Source: the human T2T-CHM13v2.0 reference genome, Homo sapiens
Reading direction: 5' to 3' (one strand)
Assembly: GCF_009914755.1 (NCBI RefSeq)
Contig: NC_060930.1
DNA: 64,000 nucleotides
Positions 54,943 through 64,000 of this stretch are shown here, piece by piece. The notes beneath the pieces are model-generated. The model was not told the origin of the DNA, did no database searches, and saw only the letters and a program-made list of their open reading frames with translations. Each line of letters begins with the position of its first letter. Position 1 is the stretch's first letter. A program made the position numbers and the translations under genes.

Positions 54943-55582
54943 CGCGGGACAATAGAACTTTCGTGATCGTAAATTCCAGAATCCGATGCGGTGGAGAGCC
55001 TAGGCCGGGGTTGGCCCCTCGGTTCCACGTGTCTCTGGGAAATTTTTTTCCCCTTTCTTCCTAATAAGCCTGCGTGGAACGCAGAGCCTGCGCAATAGCC
55101 CCGGTGAAGTTGTCGATGCCCTGAACTCTGGTTTTTTTACTGCCAGGCGTGGCAGGAGTCTGTGGCCGCATTTGGGTGGCAGAAGCCCACCCTCGTTACG
55201 GTCTCCTCTATGAGTTATGTCATGCTGAAGGGGATCCACTTCATCGTTAAAGCTGAAAGGGTTAAATGCCCACGGAGACCGCCGGAGTGAAGGTCTGCAG
55301 TTGAACAAGATAAAGGAACAAGAACAAAACGACTCAAAACTGTTGTAACCATAACTCCCTTGCAAAGGATTTACCGTGTATTTTTCTTAGGGATTCTGAT
55401 TTTTCTTTGGAAGCCACTATCAACTCCATTTCTACTCTAGAAATTATTCTAAAGGATTGTTAAATGAGGAAAGATGGAATCAGTGTCTTTTCAGCTAAGC
55501 ATATTTAAGCACTTAAGACAAAGGGGGTTCAGGGCATAAACGGAAGATCCTTGCTGTTTTTCACTGATATTTGGATAATTAA

Positions 55583-56065
<483 letters not shown>

Positions 56066-57604
56066 TAATGCTTATCACGTGCCAGCTGTGTTCCAGGCAG
56101 TGGGCCATTGCAATAGGAATGCAAGTATACAAACCATGTACAAATTAAGTAAATTAAACATATACAAAGAATCGAGATTGTCAGTTGCCATTGAGCTCCA
56201 CAAACACTGAATGACTTCAATTTGCTAGATACTATGTTAGGTATTCAAAATTTGAAACCTTCAAGGACTTCTTGGGCCTGGAAAATGATACAGTCAGGAA
56301 GCAACTACAATGCAGAGTGGTAAATGCTGCTATGGACATCAAGGGACATGAGAAAAGCATATGCTGGTGGCATAGACTATTTTTTTGAGATATCTCCTTC
56401 ATTCTTCACGCTTCTGCCAGTAGTCCAAGGCCAGGGTTCATCTCTGTCATCCCATCTAAGTTTTGCCTTTCCAGGTTTTAAAAGTTTCTAATTTAACTTG
56501 AGATTCCAAAAATCTTAAGTTTTACGCCGCACTTGTTTGAATTGTGCTTACCTATCAATAAAATGTTTTAAGCCCATTTGACCAAAATATCTTTAAGTTC
56601 AGGCTTATATAACTGTCAAGCTATGCATTAAATATCAAGTGATTTTTCTTATTGTATGATTAAGTATGACGTTTTGCTGTTTTTTCCCATCCCCCAAAGG
56701 CTGCGTTTTTACACAGTTCTTTGTTGATGTGTGTATCTTGGTTTCCATTATAGCATCACCACCCTGTATTGTAGTTGCTTTCTGATGGCATCATCTCACT
56801 CAATCCTTGGGGTATATGTACCCCACTTTAAAGACCACCGCTTTAGGTAGTAAACTCCGTTGAAGGGGAAAACATGTTGAATTTTGCTCCTTATTGATCT
56901 GTAGATCTTAGTACAATCCCTGGCATATAAGGGCTCAATAAATACGTGTTAGATGAGTGAATCTGTGAACCGTTACTCCCCCTCACCATCACCATCACTT
57001 TTCAGCTCCAGAGTTCCAATCCTCTGTCAGATAGTCACATCCCAGGATTATTAGATTATTAACTCCTCTCAAACATGTTGGTACGGTCATGTTCTCATTA
57101 GTTCTCCAGCCAGAGACTTAGAGTTCTCAGAACATATATATATATGCAAATGTATTATTTTACATATTACAATGTAATGTTTATCATGTGTCATATATCT
57201 CTGGGGGAAACTTCCTCCCACCCTAACAATTACTTCGTATTTCTGCATCATTGCACTCATGAGTAAAGCTGTAAGAAAAACAGTGGAGCCGAAACGACTC
57301 CCCAACTTAACTGTGGGATTTTTTCCAAATAAATCAAAAGAATACCTAGGATCCAATGCCAGGCTTACTAAATAACAGGGCTCAAGGAACCTGTTTTAGG
57401 TAGCATCAGAATCAGATTCCTGGCCAGCTGGGTTCTGGAAACTGTGCTGAAGCCATCCTTGCCCTTCTAACCCACCTATCCAACAATGTGAGCCCATATA
57501 AGGTACAGTTAACAAAACCTTGTAACTATTACCTGTTTGTTCATAGCATCCACATGGTAGTCCCCCAAGAAATGATTGTTGAATTATCTTCATTCAATAG
57601 CTAA

Positions 57605-57947
<343 letters not shown>

Positions 57948-58749
57948 CTTCTATTTGTTTTTAAATTCTGGTAATATTTTTCCTTTTGCTCTTAGTTTTC
58001 ATCATTGAGCTCAAATCTCCTCAAACCACACACTTCTAAGTGTATTAGAAGGTTGCTTCAGTATTGCTTTTGAAAAGGAAAGTACTTAACATCCTAGGCA
58101 ATTTGTTTTATTGTTATAGCAGCTGCAGTTGAATTAAAAAATACAATTGGAACTTTCATTAGAATACAATTCTGATTAGTGAAACTTGTTTCATTAGGAC
58201 GTATTTGCATGACATAATGAAACACATCCTTCCAGAAAAGATATAAGCCAATGTTTGCCTCTGGACATATCAAAGTTGACTAAAATATAGGTCAAGTAGC
58301 AGCTATTTTATGCTAAAGATGACACTGCAGTCTCTGTTGGTTCCTACGTTCTCCGCCTCCCCCCACAATCCTTTTTTCTTCTGTTCTAATTTGTGTTTTC
58401 TATTATCTTGCTGCCCAGAATTCCCACAGGCCACCTGGCTTGTCTTTGTCGGAGGCAGAGGTAGATTAAAGGCAGTTTCTTGTCCTCCTCAGACCTTGGA
58501 GTCAGTTCCATACTTCAATTGTTACTTTGCTATTCCTTTTCTTCATTGCTGTTCAACAATATGTCCTGCAGTTTATCTCTGTCCTTGTCCTTGAGTGTTC
58601 ATCTTGATGAACATGAACTACTTGAAGACACTGCCCATGCCTGGTCTGCTATATTGTTTTCTTAATGACTAGCAGAATTTCTGGCAAATCACAAATGTTC
58701 ATAAATATTCGATTAATGAATGAACAATTTGTACAATTTCTGGATTCTC

Positions 58750-59990
58750 TAGATTTTCTTCTCCACTTCCTTTTACACTCTTTAGTACTGTCTCCAGAAG
58801 TGACTGGGCAATGAAAGAGATCTGCATCCCAGTCTTCTGTATCCACATTTCCTTTGCAGGTGATATCATCCCCTTTCATGTGTTTGGATTTCATCTATGG
58901 TCGGCTGACTTCCAAGTGTATTTCTCCAGCCCACACATTTTCCCTGATTTCCAGACTTACGTACTTAACTACTTATTAATGACTTCTCTAAATGAGATAT
59001 ATTCATAAATGAGATATCCAAAAGACATCTCAAATTAAGCATAACAAAAAATGAACTCTTAACTGGCCTTCAAACCTGATCTTCCACAGTAGTCCCCAGA
59101 TTTGTAAATGACAATTCTATGGACCCCGTTTCTCAGATCAGACACCTTGGAGTTACCTTTAGCTCCTCTTTTTTTCTCACCTACTACATCCAGTGCATCA
59201 GCAACACTCTACTACTTGACCTTTGAAACATATCCAGAATGTGTTTGCTTTTTACCATCTCCAACATGACCACCTGGTTTAAGTCACTATCAACCATTGC
59301 CTAGAATGTTGTAATGGTCTTCTAACCAGACCTCTACTTCTGTCTTTGCTGCCTACAGTCTATTCCCAAACCAGGTGCCAGAGTGATCCTTTTAAAACCA
59401 AAGCCAAATCACGTCACATGTCTGCTCAATGTCATCTAGCAATTTCTCATCTCCCTGAGAGTAAAAGTCAAAATCTTTACAATGGCCTATAAGATCCTTC
59501 ATGATTTTGCAACTTGCCATTTCTCTGACTTTAAACAGCTACTCTGTCTTCCACCCACAATGGCCCCAAGAAATATCTTGAGCACACCAAGTACTAGACT
59601 GCGTCAGGGCCTTTGCATTTACTCTTTACCTCATGCCTAGAATAATCTAACCCAGAAATCTCCAAGACTTACATCCTTGCTTCATGCTGGTTGCTACATC
59701 ACTGTCATTTCCTTAGGGAGTTCCCCTGGATCACTCCCTTTAAATTTGCAACACCTCCCTCCCTGCCTTTCACACTCTGGAACACTTTATGTTTCTCCTT
59801 AGCACTTAACATTCTGGCATAGTATAGATTTACTTTTTAATATTTGTGTATTATCCCCACAGCCCCATAAGCTCATTGAGGACACAGACTTTGTTCTCTT
59901 CACCACTGTTTCCCCAGCACTTCGAACACTACCTGGCACTTGGTAGGAGCTCAACAAATATTTACTGAATTGGTAAAGGAACAAATGAAT
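58750..59990 (+). mobile_element. L2 (L2a-like) 3' fragment
   Basis: ccagagtgatccttttaaaacc...ggcctttgcattt...cctggcacttggtaggagctcaacaaatatttactgaat terminal motif. Confidence 0.8.
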
Positions 59991-60538
59991 TAATGTAAAA
60001 TTGAAATGCAAGTCAATAATATATGTTTTTACTAGGTATCATTTGACTAAAAATTAAGTCAAAGAGAAAGAAAACACTAACTACAATAGTTTTAAAAATA
60101 TTATCTGAGTATAATTTTTCTGTTCCCTGTTACAGTAGATACAACAAATTTCTCCTTTTGCCTTTCTGAAATTTTAAAATGTGAAAAATTAACATGCTCC
60201 AAAGGAATATTTAACATTTTTAAAGTGCTATTAAAAAGACTGTAACTATACTTTTAATGAAAACAAAACATTATTTAGTCTGAAATTGCTATGAATTTGG
60301 GATATCTTACCCTTTCTATGCATGCATCAGTTATCTTGAATATCAAGCACTTTCTCTTGACATAAAAACTGTTATATTTATTTCAGTGATGAATCCAGGT
60401 TCGTAACAATTCTTTCCCTTATGCTTCCAACATTATAATGAGACAAACAAATTGAGCCACAGAAGAGTTAAATGACATGACCAAGGCTGCACAGCCAGTT
60501 AGTGCAGAATTAGAATTTAAATTCAAGTATCAGTTCTC

Positions 60539-60990
60539 CCTTTCCAACTTGGACGCGGCAGAACGGCTCCTGCAAAGAAGGGTGGCGAGAAGCAAAGGGT
60601 CATTCTGCCATCAATGAGGTGGTGATCCAAGAATACACCATCAACATTCACAAGCGCATCCATGGAGTGCGCTTCAAGAAGCGTGCCCCTCGGGCACTCA
60701 GAGAGATTCCGAAATTTGCCATCAAAGAGGTGGAAACTCTAAGTGTGCGCATTGATAGCAGGTTCAACAAAGCTCTCTGCGCCAAAGGAATAAGGAATGT
60801 CCCGTACCGAATCCGTGTGCAGTTGTCCAGAAAACGTAATGAGGATGAAGATTCACCAAATAAGCGCTATACTTTGGTTACCTATGTACCTGTTAGCACT
60901 TTCAAAAATGTGCAGACAGTCCATGTGCATGAGAACTAATTGCTGATCCTCAAATACATCAAATAAAGGTATAAAACTGCAAAAAAAAAA
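60539..60990 (+). pseudogene. Processed pseudogene of RPL31 (possibly RPL31P28)
   Basis: ORF 60619-60939 [26 protein letters not shown]...[27 protein letters not shown] is RPL31-like. Start codon mutated to ACG (60563-60565), early frameshift, AATAAA and poly(A) at 60981-60990, degenerate TSD aagtatcagttctc (60525-60538) / aagtctcggttctc (60989-61002). Confidence 0.93.
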
Positions 60991-61901
60991 GTCTCGGTTC
61001 TCAACTTCTTCATATGCTAAGATATGCTGAAGATAAGATTTTAATCTAAGATAGATGGTCAATGTGTCTTTACTTTGCTGGTTATTAAAAGATACATTTC
61101 ATAATTGATTTATTTTATTCTGTAACATATTAAATAGCTAAAGATTTCCAGGATGTGAACAAAAGCATAAGATAAATAAACTTTTAGCCAAAAAAGTACC
61201 TGTGAACAACTGACCAAGAACAGCGATGTGGTTTCTATTGTTAAGGAGTATGTTCTTGTTAAGTAGTATGTTCTGAAAGTGCTCTATGAGATTTTTTGGA
61301 GCCGGTGATACAGTACGGAATATGCTTTGTGCTAATTCTATCTTTTGTAAAACAAAAGTTTTTTAAAACTTAGCCATAAGTGAATTAGTCATTCCAAGTT
61401 GTGTGATGTTTTAGTTCTCAGTATAATGTGTCATAAAAGGCCATGCTTTTGTCCACCTGCAATATTAGACATGATTTTGCATGTCAAAAACTGGTAGTAT
61501 AATTTATTTTCACAGTCTCAAATTCACTTTTTGCCAAGAGTGAATGTGGGATGTTAAGACTCAAATGAAATTCTACAAGTTTGTGTTGCAATTTAATTAT
61601 TTTTGAAAACTATTTCTTGGCCTTTGATTGTAAAGCACTTTTTTCTTCCCAAATTCATATACCCCTTTGTGTCAAGTTCACTCAGTCAATTCTCTTTTGA
61701 GTTAAATAGCATTGCAGTGTTGCCTTCTAATCTGAATGGTTAAATGACATGCTTTGACTGTTACAGTCTTCTCTATAAGATGTATTTCAATAGAATGAAT
61801 TAGGGTATAAAATGTAAAAGTTTTCAAATACCCTATGAGCATAAAATTGGGACAATTTTAGATGGTTTAAAGTCTAGAAAATACAGAATACAATATGTTA
61901 A

Positions 61902-62643
<742 letters not shown>

Positions 62644-62974
62644 TAGAACAATATGTTCCTTCCTTCTTTCCCCATGACCAAAGCATTCTGTGCAGGCTTT
62701 TTATCATTTATAATATTAATATTGTAATTGTTTGCTTATTGCCTCTCCTCCCCAAGTCAAGTGAAGAATATGTGTCATTCATCTTTGCACCTCAAGCATG
62801 CTGTGACAGGTACATAGTAGGCATTCAATAAATGTTTATTGAGCTAGACTCCCAGAAAACCATTTACTTTCCTTATGATAAAGATAGCAAATAAGACACA
62901 GGCTGTTTCAGGATGTGCAAGAAAAAAATGTTGGAGCCCCCAATTCATATCACAGTTTATTGTACTTTAATGAC

Positions 62975-63514
62975 AAGATAGGCAGATTCTGACGTGGCTC
63001 CAATAATCTTTGCCGCCTGATATTCATGCTGGTGGGTTGGACCTAGTAACTTGTTCATAACAGAACATGGCAAAAATGATGGAATGTCGCCTCCTAGATT
63101 GTTAGAAAAGAAGGTGTGACCTCTATCTTATTGGCACTCCCTCTGTAACTTCTTGGCTTTGTGTACTTTGATGAAGGAAGGTGCTATGGAACTGTCTACA
63201 TGTCAAGGAACTAAGGTTGGTCTCCTGTCCACAGGGAGCTGGGAACTGAGGTTCTGAATCTAACAGCCCTTGAGGAACTAATCCTGCCAATCACCACATG
63301 AGTGAACTTGGAAGTGGATCCTTCCCCAGAAAAGTCTTGCGATTACTCCAGGCCCAGTGGATACCTTGACTGCGGTCTGTGAGAAATCCTGAGGTAGAGA
63401 ACCCTGCTAAGGCAAACAATGCCCCAATTCCTCATCTGCAGAAACTTTGAGGCAAAAAATGTTGTTCCAAACCACTAGATTTTGGAATAATCTGTAATGT
63501 AGGGATAGTTAATA
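62975..63514 (+). mobile_element. MaLR LTR (MLT1E/F-like)
   Basis: caaggaactaagg...ctgccaatcaccacatgagtgaacttggaagtggatccttcccc...aaccactagattttggaataatctgt. Confidence 0.78.
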
Positions 63515-64000
63515 CTTTTTACAACAGAATCAGACACAGACTAATTGAAATAAAGTTTATTTACTTTGCTTATCAAAACAATCAAGGTATGCCTAGTGTT
63601 TGATAACTATGTCAATATACCGGTCACAAGAATTTACCTTTCCCAAAATGGTTTTCTCATATCATGAAAAACATATACACATATGGGTATAGGTTGCCCA
63701 ATTTCAAAAAGAAGAGGTCAAGGCAAGCGACTTTGAAAACAAATTAAGCTGCTGCTTCACTGATTAGGGAACTTACTGGTAAGGAACCCTCATTCCTCAA
63801 CCCACGTCCCCCAGATATCAGTAAACATTTTCTCAACTCGGGGGTAGTCAAGTGCCTCAATTTCTCACTTCATTTATTATTTTGAATTAAGGTATTGCAG
63901 CTTACTATAACACAAACCAAAACACAGACATTATATGGGGAGGATAACGCATTGAACTTTCGTTCACTAATGAGTAGACCCAATTAGTTTATTAGATCAG

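Larger units (their letters stand above)
53850..55230. promoter_or_regulatory. ELOVL5: CpG island / ELOVL5 promoter
   Basis: Abrupt switch to very GC- and CpG-rich sequence around exon 1. Confidence 0.95.

Noticed and set aside
53496-55365. Many 80-194 aa ORFs on both strands
   Set aside because: Stop-codon scarcity in a CpG island; Arg/Gly/Pro/Ala-rich with no recognisable domain.

Overview
Human (great-ape-type) genomic DNA covering the 5' end of ELOVL5 (fatty acid elongase 5) on the minus strand. It contains the CpG-island promoter and non-coding exon 1 (donor at 54687), a 53.2-kb intron 1, coding exon 2 (1400-1465, start codon MEHFDASLSTYFKALLGPR), and an alternative terminal exon (249 to stop at 41) that gives an 88-aa truncated product. 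Intron 1 and the upstream flank are filled with retroelements: a full-length sense-oriented SVA with a perfect 18-bp TSD, about 18 Alus, L1/L2/MIR, MaLR LTRs, and Tigger/MER DNA transposons. There are two ribosomal-protein processed pseudogenes (RPS16-derived in the intron, RPL31-derived upstream). Nearly all long ORFs in the track are repeat artefacts. I see no new multi-gene system. The best leads are regulatory or evolutionary: possible SVA exon-trapping or premature polyadenylation upstream of the start codon, an LTR-derived terminal exon, a TCT/5'TOP-like start, a duplicated CRE+CCAAT promoter module, a 100%-identical 131-bp tandem duplication with a templated junction, several templated-insertion repair scars, and two inverted AluYd-type copies 1 kb apart. 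Repeat boundaries and subfamily names were read by eye and are approximate.
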